A stretch of 64,000 nucleotides of DNA from Eledone cirrhosa (lineage: Eukaryota): the NCBI GenBank assembly GCA_964016885.1, contig OZ024740.1, forward strand, positions 57,474,001 through 57,538,000, written 5' to 3'. Below, piece by piece: positions 1 to 12,741 of this stretch (positions are counted from its first letter, which is position 1; every line of letters starts with the position of its first letter). The translations under genes and the position numbers were made by a program. The notes beneath the pieces were generated by a model. The model worked only from the letters and a program-made list of their open reading frames with translations, did not search any database and was not told the origin of the DNA.

Positions 1-464
1 TTTCCCTACAAATGTCATACTTGATGACCCAATACATGATGAACATAGATAATATGTGTGTGTGTATATTCTTACAAAGATACTAAATATTCTATTGCTT
101 AAAATAAAATTAAAACCAGTTGTTAAAATCCTCTTCATATGGTATGATAGCATATATTATTAGATTTCAATTTTTGAAAATTCTATAATATTGATCTTTT
201 TTTTTGTATCACAAATAATTTTAATAATTTTGGGAGCTATGAACAGACTATGTAAGAAATCTATACTGACCCTATATTTTTGGTAAAATTTAAATGAATG
301 TATTTGACATTGGATATTTTTAGTAAAGTTGTAAAAGTAAAAATACTTCATAAACATAATAAATTCTTCATAAAGTAATTCCACATTGACTTCTATGCCA
401 TGGTATGTATTATCATTTTTCATTTCTATTTAATTATCAAAGACTTATAATGCATCTATTGTAG

Positions 465-679
465 GAGACACAAGTTATAAATGGTATCAAAGCATTATTA
501 CAACAACGCATCTCAGAGAGTTTTGAACAAATTGTTCGTCTTCAGGAAGCACGCCAACAAGTTCAGGCAGACTTACAAGATAAAAATATTGCCATGAATA
601 TAGATATTGAACAATACAATTTGAACCAGAATTCTCCAAATGTTAGCTACAAACTAGATCCATTGAAAATTCCAAAAGG
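465..679 (+). CDS. TEKT2: Tektin (Tektin-2/B-like), internal exon A
   Basis: AG acceptor at 463-464 and GTAAGA donor at 680. Translates ETQVINGIKALLQQRISESFEQIVRLQEARQQVQADLQDKNIAMNIDIEQYNLNQNSPNVSYKLDPLKIPK-G(G); 215 nt, ends in phase 2. Resembles the Tektin-2 'L..SPNIS.K.DP.R.P.G' region (from memory). Confidence 0.9.
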
Positions 680-1794
680 GTAAGAGATTCTTCCCATTAA
701 TTTTAGATATTTTTTAAAGGCATTGAGAAAGAAAATATCTACTGAAAAAAAAAGCAGCATGGTCTTTATTCTATATTCCATAATGATTTTTTTAAATATT
801 TCTTAAATTGGTATAACAAGATTATATACTACAGATTGTGAGTTTATGATGTTAACTTTTGTTTGTGAATGTACGAATAATATAGTGCAAAGAGGCTTAA
901 CATTTTGTTTTTTGGAAGTCGATTAACTCACTTAGCTTAGATATTTAAGTTTGTCAATCCTGAAAGTTTTCAAAATTTTAAAAGGCTTAATTAATTTTGT
1001 GTCTGTGTTTCTAATGAATTCATAATTCATCTTGGCATGGTAAATTCACTTTAATATTGTTATCTTTCAAGATGTTAGAAGAAATTTCTTGAGGTATCTA
1101 CATTTGTTGAAAAATTTGGATGGGTTGTTTAAATAGATTTTTTTTTTTTTTCCGTTTCCTTAGTATAACATTTTTGAATTACATAAATGTCATTCAAGAA
1201 CATTCGATAACTTCTTCCATCCCGTTCTTACCCTAGTTATTGTACTTTCTGAACACCCACCTCCACTATAGATAGATAGATATATAGATATAGATGAAGA
1301 AGTTGCATTTAAAAAACATTGAACATTGAAATAAGCAAATGGGGAGCCTCAAAAAGAGAAAGAGAAACTGTAAAAATAAGCCACAATATTTAGATTTTGT
1401 TGATATGGTGGTCCTTAAGGAAATTAGGTGTAGAATAATGGATTGTGAGAGTAGTGCAAGCTATGTAAATAATAATGAAATTATTGTGTACAGTGCTCAG
1501 GTGCACTACAACTCATCAAAGGTGCATGTATAGTACATAGAATAATGTACAAATGTCAGGAAAATGAACAGTGTACGTGTCATGAAATACATGTGTGCGT
1601 GTGTATGGAGAGGGGACATCAGGTGTAAAAAGGTTACATGTACCTCTTGACCAGGATTAAACCCAAGGCCAGGATTTCCACCATCTCTAGTACCTACCAC
1701 GAGGCCACAGAGACAACTATGTACAGAGGAGCTGTCAGTAAAGTGAGAGTAGGAAGTGAGTTAAGTAAAGAATTGAAGGTATAGGTAGGAGTTC

Positions 1795-2856
1795 ATCAAG
1801 GTTCGGTTCTTAGCCCACAGCTGTTCATCATAGTTCTGCAGGACATAACAGAGGAGTTTAAAACTGGCTGTCTATGGGAACTTCTCTGTGCAAAGGATTT
1901 AATCCTTATAGCCGAATCCATAAAAGAACTAGAAAATAAGTTCTGTGTATTGAAACGGAATTTGGAATTAAAGGGTCTGAGAGTAAACTTAGCCAAAACT
2001 AAAGTGCTCGTGAGTAGGAAAGAAGATAGGACCCTGATCCCTTGAGGGAAGTGGCCCTGCTCAATATATAGAAAAGAAGTAAGCATAAACTCCATACGGT
2101 GTACACAATGTAAATCTTGGGTAAACAAGAGATGTAGCGGGATAATGGGTAGACTAACAGGAAAGGAAGACTTTGTTTGTAGACACGGGGTAATTGAGGG
2201 GAAGAGCATCAGTGATATAAACCTTTTCCAGTCACAGGAAGCATCCATAGACGTGGTTGATAATTTCTGTTATCTAGGTGACTTAATTAGCAGTGGAGGA
2301 GGGTGCTCTGAGAGAATAATAGCTAGAATAAGGGTAGAATGGAAGACGCTTTGAGAGCTACTCCCACTTTTGACAACAAAAGATTTCTCCCTATGTACAA
2401 AAGGATGACTATATGATGCCTGTGTGTGAAGTGTAATGTTGCATGGTAGTGAAACATGGGCAGTGACTGCAGAAGACATGCATAGACAAGAGAGAAATGA
2501 ATGTGCAATGTAAATGTGAGAGAAAGGCAGAGCTTGGATGAACTGAGGGAGAAACTGGGTTTAAGAAGAATCTGAGGTGATGTGCAAAAGAGAAGACTGT
2601 GTTAGTACAGACATTTGATGCTGTATGAATGATGACTAATGGGTGAAGAAGTGCCAATAAATGCCAGTGGAAGGAAGTCGCAATAGAGGTAGACCAAGAA
2701 AGACCTGAACAGAGGTGGTGAGAGCTGACTGCAAATCGCTGAGACTCACAGAGGAGTTGATGAAGGATCACGGTCAGTGAAAAGATGTTCTGCCAAGAAG
2801 GGCCCATCCAACCCATGCAAGCATGGAAAAGCAGATGTAAAGATGATGATGATGAT
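1795..2856 (+). mobile_element. Degenerate 5'-truncated RTE LINE
   Basis: Begins at the HQGSVLSP-coding segment, has stops and frameshifts, and ends in the shared 'ccatgcaagcatggaaaa...' 3' end plus (GAT)n. Homologous to 20412-23538. Confidence 0.88.
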
Positions 2857-2974
2857 ATGTATATAATGTAATATAAAAGGATTTTTCAACAATAAAATTA
2901 TACTTAAATAAAACATAAACACATAAAATAGATATAAAATTTTTATATTATATTTTCTAAATTATTTCTTACAG

Positions 2975-3197
2975 TGCCATTACACTTCAGCAATGGGAAG
3001 ACTGCAGCCAATATAATGCTGAGCGTGCTGGAGGTGAAGTGAGAGGCTCTCGTACTCTACGAGAAACTATTCATCATAACTTACATCAAACTAAGAATGA
3101 TATAACGACAGCAAATAGGTCAACTGACTACTATTTTAGAAAAAGAATACATGAATTCGAGAGAGCAATCAAAGAATTAGAGTGGCAAAAGAAAAAT
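2975..3197 (+). CDS. TEKT2: Tektin (Tektin-2/B-like), internal exon B
   Basis: Pyrimidine tract plus ACAG acceptor; GTAAGT donor at 3198. Completes the Gly codon, then AITLQQWEDCSQYNAERAGGEVRGSRTLRETIHHNLHQTKNDITTANRSTDYYFRKRIHEFERAIKELEWQKKN; phase 2 in, phase 0 out. Confidence 0.92.
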
Positions 3198-3352
3198 GTA
3201 AGTTTATTATTTAATTATGAGAGATTACCTACCCTGAAACCGCCCCTGTTTCTATGTTACAGAATTGTCTGAATTGGAGCATTAACCATCATCATCGTCA
3301 TCGTCATCATCATCAGCAGCAGCAGCAATTGCATTTTCATCACCATTTAACA

Positions 3353-3657
3353 CAGAGATTCTCAAAGTGGGCGCCACTGCCCCCACCCTCACCCCCCGGT
3401 GTTGAGAAGATGGGGGGTGGGCTAGAACCTAACGTGGTGGTGATGGGGGGTAGAGATGATATAATAGTATATTAAATATCAAATGATTCATACTATATAT
3501 ATATACATAGCATATATATTATTTATTATATAAAAATTAACGATTTTGTTTATTATATATTATTTACAATTTGCATGTAGGTATTTCTGGAAATAGGGGC
3601 TGAGGGTATTATATGATCGTGAGGAAAGTAGTAGCCCCAACATTTAGAGAACCTATG
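3353..3657. mobile_element. hAT (Charlie-type) MITE
   Basis: Imperfect TIRs CAGAGATTCTCAAA / TTTAGAGAACCTATG, flanked by a perfect 8-bp direct repeat ATTTAACA (3345-3352, 3658-3665). Confidence 0.8.
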
Positions 3658-5121
3658 ATTTAACATATATTTACCATATTTTCATGTGTTAGATGGATTG
3701 TCATATACTAGGCAGGTCATTTGACTATGTCTTGCTTGTATGCTCCATTTTTCGGGGCTTGGTTTCTACAGCTGGATGCCCTTTCTAATGATAACTGCTT
3801 TACAATGTATACTGGGAGCACTTTATTGTGATTCTGGTTCTAGCACCTGACAGGGTGAACTCAGTGCTTTTTGTCATGACACCAGTACTGTCACCTCTAA
3901 AAACCTTCCATCATTATTTTATGGAAGAACCTTTGTTAAGTTATGTTCCAAACACCAACATAATTATGAGAGGGTTAGTTATATTACCAAATCCTGCAAA
4001 ATTCTCGATTATTTTCAAAATTATTTGAAAATCACACACATTTCATTAGAAACATGATAATGAAAGAGTTATTTCCTTCATTCTTGAAAGTATCTTCACT
4101 TTTTTTTGAAAGTCACTACCAATTGCTATTAGGGTTTTCTTTTCTTTTCCCAACTAAGAGGAAAATTTCTATTAAGTAAGAAATTTTTTATTTGTATGGC
4201 ATTCAGCGCATCACACTTCAACTTAATTACCTCCTTTAAGTTATTTCCCTTAGTTCATTTTATTTTTAATTATGGAAATTATACAAGCCAAAAATTATTT
4301 TTAATTCTTTTTTTTATATGTAAAAATGTATGTCAATGGAACAGGAGATTTAGTTCATATATAGTATTCTGATGAGATCTAATACACCAAAACATGTCCA
4401 TAGTTGTCCCCTGTGTGCAAACAAAGATCGAACTTCACTTAACCTATGCTTGTAAATTAACTTAGTTATTAGTTTCTTGGAATTATCTCCCTTCACCATT
4501 GCGAGAGTTGCTAACAATGGCCACTAGGTTGTTGGGGGTTGTTTACTTTCTCCAACTATTTGAAGAAATTTCAATTAAGTGTTTTTGCAACCAACATTTA
4601 ATACATCACCCTTTAACTTACCTATCCAAATTAATGCCATTGTCACATTTGAGTTGTTTCCCAGAGGTCATTTTTATATATAACCTTAGATGTTGTTGTT
4701 TTAGCCCCAGGTCAACATTGATCCTGCAAATCTATGATGAAAGGCTTTCTAACTGTGACCATTCCAACCTATTTCTTGGCATGGCACATTTAGGGCCAAA
4801 TTGTTCAATATACCCTTTCTTTTGTAAGATTGAATAGTGTGATTTGTTTACATATTTCTAGCATGTCATGCAACCATGTAGAGGTGTCCTTAAATAAAAA
4901 AAGGCAGCAACTATTACCCATTTCAGGGTGTTTGAGACTGGTAGAAGCACTTATTCATACACTAGAGATCTGGTTTCAATGCTTACAACAGAATACTGTG
5001 CTAAAGATAGCCAAATGCTAGGTCCACAGATTAAGTCTACTACTCAAGAACAGGATTGGTTCCTTTGACAGCCTTCCATGCAGTTTTTGACCACCACATT
5101 TCACTCACTACCAAAAGTTAA

Positions 5122-5330
5122 TCCTTTACCATTTAAACCAGCTGTATCTGGCCAGAATTCTTTCTCCTTTTTGAAACTGGCCATAACCAGCAGCTCACAC
5201 CAACGTTAGGTTATTGTTCTTAAAATAAACAATAACATCATCAAAATCTCATAGACTCGAGATTATGTGAGATAAAGCCTTTACCTTGAAAATATAATAG
5301 TAAATATAGAGTAATGTAAATGCTAAAGGG
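5122..5330 (+). mobile_element. piggyBac-type (TTAA) MITE
   Basis: TTAA on both sides; TIRs TCCTTTACCATTTA / TAAATGCTAAAGGG. Further copies at 25461-25668 and 38004-38223. Confidence 0.78.
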
Positions 5331-6159
5331 TTAAGGTAGAAAATACTTACCCAAAACCACATGGTTGAAAAGATAACTTCTTAAAACATATAGTCATGCT
5401 TGTGCCCAACACAACCACCATGTCCACAGTTATTGTTTAACCCCAGGTCAGCTATTATCAAGCTGACCTATAATATTATAGGCATGTATATCAAAAACTA
5501 TATCATTGAGTGTGTCCTTCCTTTTTGAAGATGATGATGTATGATTTAAGGGGGATTTGGTTGCTATTTCTAGCAGATCAAATAATAGTGTATAGGCACA
5601 CTTGCTGACTTATCAAGTCAGGCACAGTGATCATAGGTCAGCCCTGGTCAAGGAGAACTATGTTCCATCCATGACCATTTCTTTTTTTAAACATTAAGGA
5701 CCACATTATCCAATGTCTCCTTCATTTTGGAAGATGGTAATGTATGACTTAAGAGAGATTTGGCTACTATATCAAGCAGAAAAACTGACTCTATAAGGGT
5801 ATCCTTCTTGACTCATAATTTGTTGTTGTAGAAGGCTTAAATAAATATCTTACTGTCTGTTTTCTGATTTCAAATTTTTCCCAGATTGGGTTTAACTTTC
5901 ATCTCCCCAGTTAAATGCTGGGGCTGATTCAAACAACAAACAGCTCCACACTGTTTTCATATAACTGGAACTTTGCACCTATTTCAAATAAATTATCCCT
6001 CAAAACTACATTACTAAATATTAATTTCTAGTATTGCATAGGCATGTGAAAATGAGAAACAAACTTGGTGGGGTTGCCAGATTAGTCTCTGATAACCTGA
6101 CCATGCAATGTATTGTACTGGGTTACATGTTACTAGTAGTGCTCAAGAGCGACCTGACA

Positions 6160-7150
6160 TAGATCAGTTTGTTTACTTAGGAAGTACTGTCAATCAATAC
6201 TGTCATCTTGATTGCAAAATTCCACACAAGATTTAGAAAGCAAGTGATGCTTTTGGAAAGCTGAAAAGGCACCTCTGAGGTCGGTGAGACATATGCAAGA
6301 AAACAAAGGTAAAGATGTGCAATGCATGTGTGCACTCTTCTCTTTTTTACGCTTGTAAGACCTGGGTTGGATAGCACCATCTTAAACAGTTGGAACATTT
6401 CCATCAAGTGTGTCACAGATGGATCCTTGACATTTACTGGAGGGACCACATCAGTGATGTTGAGATTTTGGACAATATGAAAATATAGAAGCTCACATGC
6501 TTAAACAAAGTCTCAGATAGAGCAGTCGTCTTGCCAGGATCAAGGATTCTAGGCTACCAGTACAATTTTTTTATGGAAAATTAGTTAAAGGAAAAGAACC
6601 TCCACATAAACCAAAAAAGAGGTATAAGGATTCATTGAGAGCCTCCTTGAAAGATGCTAACATTTCTGTTGATAAATGGGAAAGTAAATCTGCTAATTGC
6701 AGCAAATGAAGAAAGACAATTGATAAGGGGAACGTTGCCTTTGAGGTATCTCAAATTGCCAATGAGAAACTAAAATAGGATGTCAAAAAAAGTATTATTG
6801 TTGCATTTCCAGACAGCAAAGTTGATCCTATGGAATTGATAAGCAACGTCTGTGCAAGACTCTGCTTCAGCAAAGATTGGCTCAAAAGTCATCTTTGCAG
6901 TTACACAGTAAGATCAGTGGTTGACTACCAGACTGCTCTTAAAGATACCTGTCAAGCAAAGTACGTGATGACCAACCACAGCCTGCTGCCAATTAATGTT
7001 TTTATCATACTTGCCAACTCTGTGCAAAACATATTAAATCATTAGCCGGGTTCAAAAGCCACATTTGATCGCAGCGCCAATAAGTTTTTTTTTAAAGATG
7101 TCATGTGATGGCCATACTGAATAACAAGGGCGCAGCCATCATGTATGTAT
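6160..7150 (+). mobile_element. Old RTE/BovB-like LINE 3' part with C2H2 zinc-finger-coding end
   Basis: Broken frames resembling YLGS, AFGKL..RL, RLP...FYGKL..GKR...KPKKRYKD and C..C...LKSH; ends 'gcagccatc' + (ATGT)n. Confidence 0.65.
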
Positions 7151-7269
7151 GTAAGATTGATATGGAGAACTGTGTTTGGGGGATCGATTCTATTGTGTGG
7201 CACATTGGACAAGTGTCTTCTATTATAGCCTTGGGTTGATCAATGTGTTGTGAGTGAAATTTGAGTTGG

Positions 7270-7945
7270 TTCTACTGCGCCACCACAGTACATTTGCAGT
7301 GAGTGTGGTTTAATTTGCAAGTCAGCGGGTGGACTAACTAGATATGGTAGAATGCATGAAGACACACCCGAGCTGGTATTGCCAGGAGACAGGTAGTTTA
7401 AGTGTCACATCTGTAAACAAGCCTGCAAAACAAAAGCTGGTCTGAAAAGTCACCTGCATGCACATGATCATGCAATGTTCAATGAAGGGATGGCACTTTT
7501 CTGACAACAAATAGCATTAGCATGTATGTTTGTATGTCAGGTTGCTCTTGAGTGCTACTGGTAACATATATCCCAGTACAACCTGTCTCATGATCAGGTT
7601 GTCAGCGACTAAACCGGTAATCCCACCAAGCTAACTTGGTGAGGAGGGTGATATTTGGACACCCTGCGGGTTGAAATACAAGACCCGGCAAAAGGCGCAA
7701 GAACTCAGCAGAGTCAACGACCATCCAAATAGTGCTTTGTTTTTTTTCACCTGGGAGTGAAAGGCCCCCAGTTGTTGTTACAATACCTTTCTAGGAGAGG
7801 GAAACTTTGAAAGAAAACCTGCGGCTTCAGAAGCATCCGATGATGTTGACCAGTTCTCCTTTTCGGGTAGTGTTTTTGATACTCAGAGAGTGGGACTGGT
7901 CAAGTGCAAGGCCTTTCCCTACTTAAAAAACCTTCAAAGCACAGG
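7270..7945 (+). mobile_element. BovB-like LINE zinc-finger 3' end, followed by the 5' part of the non-autonomous unit seen at 48834
   Basis: CSECGLICKSAGGL and FKCHICKQACKTKAGLKSHLHAH coding, then a (TATG) tail, then 'gtcagg...gctactggtaacat...cccagtacaacctg' as at 48834 and 49493. An inverted copy of this 5' part lies at about 6060-6160. Confidence 0.65.
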
Positions 7946-8414
7946 CATAGAAAAAGTACCAAACTTGAAAAAATAAATCTGTGTTGGTATCTGACTGTAA
8001 AATACTGCCTCAAAAGTCTGATCTAATTGATGCCAGCATGCAAAATACAGATGTAAAAACATAAAGTGGTCATCCTGGAGCCACGACAATAAGCACCCAG
8101 TTCACCCTGGAAAATGGTTGTGTGGGTGTCGTGAAGAAGCAGCTAGTCCACACTGTGAAGCAGTCATGTAGGAGTCATTATAAAAAGCACTCAGCACACA
8201 CTGTAAAGTGGTTGTGTAGGTATCATGACAAAAAGCACTCAGTACACACTGTAAATCTGGTTGGCATTAGGAAGGGCATCCAGCCATAGAAACCAACCCA
8301 AAACCTGTTCTGTGTGAGCAAGACACAGTCCTCCAACCTGGATGTTTCACAACAGGACAGCATGTCTTACTCATGCTAGCATAGAAATTGGATGTTAAAT
8401 GATAATGATGATGA

Positions 8415-8580
<166 letters not shown>

Positions 8581-8676
8581 CAGGGTGTCCCCAAAAAAAT
8601 GTGTACACACTTTGATTACCAAGGCAAGTCCAGGCAATATTTATTAGAATGCTGTTGAAGTGTGTATACATTTTTA
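8581..8676. mobile_element. Short Tc1-type MITE remnant
   Basis: TA|CAGGGTGTCCCCAAAA terminus. The related copy at 63263-63337 shows the opposite end, TTTTGGGGGACACCCTG|TA. Confidence 0.65.
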
Positions 8677-8765
8677 GGTCAACATGAATGGACCTGTTAT
8701 TTTCATCTAAAGACATTTTTCCCAATTCCAACCCGCCCGTCCCTTCAATCTATCTTATTTCTCAT

Positions 8766-8801
8766 TCTTCTGATGAAGGACTAGCGTCCGAAATGTTAAG
8801 A
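8766..8801 (+). ncRNA. Minimal type-I hammerhead ribozyme motif in a Penelope pLTR-like repeat (about 8680-8887)
   Basis: TCTT-CTGATGA-A-GGAC(TAGC)GTCC-GAAA-TG-TT-AAGA. The same ~210-bp repeat occurs at 52958-53167 and, inverted, near 30300-30470. Confidence 0.72.
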
Positions 8802-9004
8802 TCTCTTCTTGCTATTTCAAGCGTTAACCTAATATATTCCTTCCATATACTATAACAATTGTGTTGTTATTTCTGTTTACCTTTTTCATATATATATATA
8901 TATGCTGTATGAATGCAAACTTGTCACTTATAAAACAAACAACTGGAAAAGATAATCTAGTTTATTAATATTTAATGCTATATATATATATATATATATA
9001 TATA

Positions 9005-10712
9005 TCATCATCATCATCATCATCATCACCGTTTTACGTCCGTTCTTCCACGCTAGCATGGGTTAGACGGGTTGTCCTGTTGTGGGCAGTGTCTGGTCGG
9101 CTGACCATGCCTTGCTCATACAGGAACTGATCTGGCTTGATTTCTACAGCTGGATGCCCTTCCTAACACCAACCTCATTTACAGTGAGTGCTGGGTGCTT
9201 TTTCGTGGCGCCTACACGTCCACTTTACAGTGTGGGCTGGGTGCTTTTTTGCCGTGGCACCTCCACGACCACCTTGCGGTGGGGGGAGTGGGGGCATATT
9301 GTTTATATGCTTCAACATGTACCCATGGGAGGTCGGGTACCCTGTATTACTGCGTGACGCCAGAAGTCACGGTCGTGTGTCATTGTCTTTGAGAGGTGTA
9401 GTTGGGTAAGGTCGGCTTTTATCACCTCATCCCAAGTCATCTTGGGTCTCCCCACTCCGCGGTTTCCATCAACTTCTAGTGCTCTGCACCTTTTTATGCA
9501 ACTGTCATCCTTCATACGCATCACATGTCCATACCAGCGTAACCGCCTCTCCTGCACGCAGCATTTGATTCCTCTTATGCTCAGTCTCTCTCTCAATTCC
9601 TTTATGCTTTGTCGTTCATGTATATTACTGTTACACATCCATCGGAGCATGCAGGCTTCGTTTCTCTCTAATCTACGTAAGTCTTCCACCTTCAGCGCCC
9701 AGGTCTCACTACCATGCAACATCGCTGTTCGGATACACGCATCATACAGTCTGCCTTTCATTCTGAGGGAGAAGCCTTTTGCAGCTAGCAGTGGTAGTAG
9801 TTCCCTAAACTTCTTCCATCCCATTCTTACCCTAGTTATTGTACTTTCTGAGCACCCACCTCCGTTGCTAATTCGGTCACCTAGGTAGCAGAAGCTGTCT
9901 ACTGTTTCTACAGGGCCCTCCCAGAGATTGGTGGTACTTGTTTCCTGTGGCTGTTTGCTTGCTGTTTCAGCACAGCTGCTGCATGTGAATCCTACATTCT
10001 TAATTAAGCTTCCTGAGATCCCGCTACATCTCTTGTGTACCCATTGTTTGCATTTGGGGCAGAGAATGGAGTTCCTACCTACACCTTTCCTACATACTGA
10101 GCAAGGCCATTTCCCTGAGGGGATCTGGGTTCTGTTTTCTCGTCTACTTACAAAGACCTTAGTCTTTGTCATGTTGACTTTGAGGCCCTTTCTCTCTAGT
10201 CCCTGCTTCCAGGTTTGGAATTTATTCTCTAGTTCTACCATAGATTCAGCTATGAGTGCGAGGTCATCAGCATACAGGAGTTCCCATGGGCATCCGGTCT
10301 TAAACTTTTCCGTTATTGCCTGCAGGACTATGATGAACAGGAGAGGGCTAAGAACAGAGCCCTGGTGGACCCCAACCTGTACGCTAAATTCCTCGCTATA
10401 CTCATTGCTAATCCTAACTTTGCTGACTGCTCCCCTATACATGGCTTGTACCGCTTTCACAAGCCATTCATCTACTCCTAGTTTTCTAAGAGCCCACCAG
10501 ATTACTGCACGTGGAACTCTGTCAAAGGCTTTCTCAAGGTCGACAAATGCCAAGTAGAGTGGCTTACTTTTAGCTAGGTACTTTTCCTGTAATTGCCTCA
10601 CAAGGAAGAGGGCATCAGTGGTGCCTCTCCCTGGTACAAACCCAAATTGCATCTCGTCTATATTCACCCGGTCCCTAATCAGCTGTGCTATAACTCTTTC
10701 TGTTACTTTCAT
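9005..10712 (-). mobile_element. RTE LINE, 5'-truncated, open 466-aa RT frame
   Basis: ORF 9312-10712: QFGF..GRGT, DLEKAFD, GVHQGSVLSP, LLYADD, YLG, RLRWYGHVMR, GRPK; (GAT)n tail. Confidence 0.95.
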
Positions 10713-10726
10713 ATATATATTTGTGT

Positions 10727-11032
10727 ATAGTGGTAGCTATGGTGCTTCCGTAGGTGGTATGCCAAAATTAGCACTCGATATTCATCAGAGTAGAGTGTAG
10801 ATATTATCAAGAAAACGAAAAATCAGTGATGCATCTGGACTTAGTTTATTTCGTGTTACAAGTGATAAAATTTGCTCCGGACATAACATCCGTGCCTGAA
10901 AGAACCCGCAGAAGTAGAATCAGCCAGATCCGTACAAGGACCATGACTCAAGCTACATGCCGGCGAAACATTTGTAACACAAAATAAACTAAGTCCAGAT
11001 GCATCACTGATTTTTCGTTTTCTTGATAATAT
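10727..11032. mobile_element. Penelope-derived hairpin element with HHR-like core
   Basis: ~61-bp inverted arms (10801-10861, 10972-11032); internal CTGAAAGA (10896) ... GAAA-CATTTG-TA (10965-10976); tail motif on the minus strand at 10770-10800. Confidence 0.6.
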
Positions 11033-11048
11033 ATATATATATATATAT

Positions 11049-11340
11049 AGAATGGAAAACGAAAAATCAGTGATGCATCGGAACTCAATTTATTGCGTAT
11101 TACAATTGTTTCCTCGGCGAACAGCTCGAGGTGCGATCTGTGTGTGGATCGACCTGACTCTGGATTCACAGGTTCCTCAGACACGTCTATTGATTTTGGA
11201 AGACATATCTGAAGAACCTGTGAATCCAGAGTCAGGTCGTTCCACACACAGATCGCACCTCGAGCTGTTAGCCGGGGAAACAATTGTAATACGCAATAAA
11301 TTGAGTTCCGATATATCACTGATTTTTCGTTTTCCATTCT
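11049..11340. mobile_element. 292-bp fold-back palindrome with an HHR-like motif on both strands
   Basis: 140-bp arms, 12-nt spacer (11189-11200), (TA)n both sides; CTGAAGA at 11209-11215 and GAAA-CAATTG-TA at 11277-11288. Confidence 0.8.
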
Positions 11341-11345
11341 ATATA

Positions 11346-11388
<43 letters not shown>

Positions 11389-11614
11389 AAAAAGAGATGA
11401 AATCGAAAATGCAACTGGAGTCTTATTTTTTTTTTAAATATATATATTTATTTGGTTCCTTTACTGGTTTCGCAGTTCTTCTGCTTTTCAAAAGGTGAGT
11501 TGAGATGGAGGGTCTGTGGTTTTTCTCACATCTTTATACTTTTCTCACATTTCTTTATACTTTCACTCGTGTAGGACACCTCGGTTATTTTTCATTTTGT
11601 AAAAAAAACCTCAC

Positions 11615-11675
<61 letters not shown>

Positions 11676-12741
11676 GCATTAAATATTAATAAACTAGATT
11701 ATCTTTTCCAGTTGTTTGTTTTATAAATGACAAGTTTGCATTCTATATAATCGATTACCAAATATATTTTCACTTCATTATTGATTTTCAAACTCAGCAC
11801 ATTAATTTACAAAGCAAGAAACGTCTTTTCACATTTATGCATTTCTTTATTTTTGTTTCTTTTTTATATACCTTAGTATGATTTTTAATATTTACTTTCT
11901 TACACAAACACTTTGAGTGTTGGTGAGGGTATGGTGGTGGTGGTGGTGGTGGTGGTGGTGGAGGTATCAATGGGGGTGGGGATTCAGCAGTGATGGTGAT
12001 GGTGGTGCTATTCAAAAATATTGTAGAAGATGGTAGTAATGATGGTAAGACCATAACTCATCAGGTCTCTGAGGCTTAACTTGGAAATTTTGTCTCATTC
12101 ATCTTCATCATCAAAATCATTATCGTCATCATCGTCATCGTCATCATCATCATCATTATCCCCCTCCTCATCATCATAATCATTATCCTCCTTGTTTTCC
12201 TCTTCCTCCTCATCATCATTATCATCATCATCTTCAGCATTGTTATCATTGTCGTTTTATGTCTGTTTCCCCACGTTAGCATGGGTGAATGGGTCACACA
12301 TTGTCACACCACTCATTGCAGTCGTTCATCTTCTGTCACACACAGCAACAGACAAAACTGCCAATCTTTGGTCTGGTCATGAAAGATTTAAGGCAATTAA
12401 TACTTAGTGGCTCAGTACACTCACCTGATAATTGGTACCATGAATAATAGAGCTCCCTACTGGAGGTGGTTGTACTATATATATATATACATAATTGTTA
12501 AGGCCAGTTACTACAGTGGTGCCATACCAAGAACATACATTTCATTGGACGAGATTGTTCTAATATATTAAATAAAATATATATTTAAGTATATTACATT
12601 AAAACTTATCCTATGACTTAAGTTGTTCTACAACTATGTATCATCATCATCATCACCATTTAATAATTAAATCATGTGTGTATATATCATCATCATCGTT
12701 TAACGTCCATCTTCCATGCTAGCATGGGTTATATATATATA

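Noticed and set aside
9442-10557. Long ORFs antisense to RTE copies
   Set aside because: Shadow frames of the RT coding strand, repeated in every copy.
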